Source of the DNA: a virus
Strand: one strand, 5' to 3'
Length of the DNA: 64,000 nucleotides
Virus record (IMG/VR): IMGVR_UViG_3300031991_000011
Coordinates: 1-64,000 of that record
The notes under the pieces are model-generated. The model was given only the letters and a program-made list of their open reading frames with translations. It had not been told where the DNA came from and made no database searches. Shown one piece after another: positions 63,780 to 64,000 of the stretch. Made by a program: the position numbers and the translations under genes. The stretch's first letter is position 1. Every line of letters starts with the position of its first letter.

Positions 63780-64000
63780 TCCAAGCGAAAAACGTGTGAC
63801 AGAGAATCATTTTCTGTCCGCGCGTCTGTCACACGTTTCGGTCACACACAAAAACCCAATGAAATCGCGGTTTTCCATTGCGCGAAGGCGGTTTTGTGAC
63901 CGAGTGACAGACAGAACCCTGCATATAGGGAAAATAAGGCTGGAGAGGGCCGGGCACTTCATCCAAATCTGCTCTCTCACTCCTTTTTTATCTACCAGGG

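Noticed and set aside
1-64000. CRISPR arrays
   Set aside because: Only short tandem duplications within coding sequence or a GC-rich spacer region. No regularly spaced repeat-spacer structure.
1-64000. Integrase / attachment site
   Set aside because: No tyrosine or serine recombinase motif was found in any ORF. The integration module is presumably outside the window or absent.

Overview
This high-GC (~64%) 64-kb window is almost entirely occupied by a tailed-phage or prophage genome (siphovirus-like, lambda-like head module). No integrase, rRNA or CRISPR array is visible.

Organisation:
- 25-20581 (+ strand): early / DNA-metabolism arm. It holds an ATP-dependent DNA ligase, a C5-cytosine MTase, a ParB-like protein, a MazG-like NTP pyrophosphatase, a dCMP deaminase, a second pyrophosphohydrolase-like protein, a 619-aa HTH protein, a GapR-like DUF2312 protein, an SPFH protein, an MT-A70 N6A MTase, an HD phosphohydrolase and many tiny translationally coupled ORFs.
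- ~20583-20656 (- strand): a tRNA-like element at the strand switch.
- 20668-60787 (- strand), in order: a lysis-like cassette (holin-like and lipoprotein genes, no recognisable endolysin); a Maf/DUF115-like gene; tail fibers and a J-like protein; distal tail proteins; a 1580-aa tape measure; G-like chaperone plus a -1 frame extension; major tail; head-tail genes; capsid; decoration; S49 protease/scaffold; portal; gpW; TerL; TerS; a four-gene putative glycosylation operon; SNF2 helicase; VRR-NUC; family A DNA polymerase; DUF2815 SSB; DUF2800 nuclease.
- 60788-63779: a divergent control region, then (+ strand) a small DNA-binding protein and a PrimPol/VirE primase.

Most unusual signal: the tetrapeptide D-S-N-S recurs about 25 times in about 12 virion proteins and in no non-structural protein. 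About 10 copies are encoded by the identical 11-mer GAGTTCGAGTC on the + strand (genes are on - strand). Several are C-terminal EDSNS tags on capsid and tail proteins. The same genome carries 4-5 putative glycosyltransferase / Maf-like / SAM-MTase genes, which suggests a virion protein modification system.

The GapR-like gene and the GANTC site inside the motif point to an alphaproteobacterial host.
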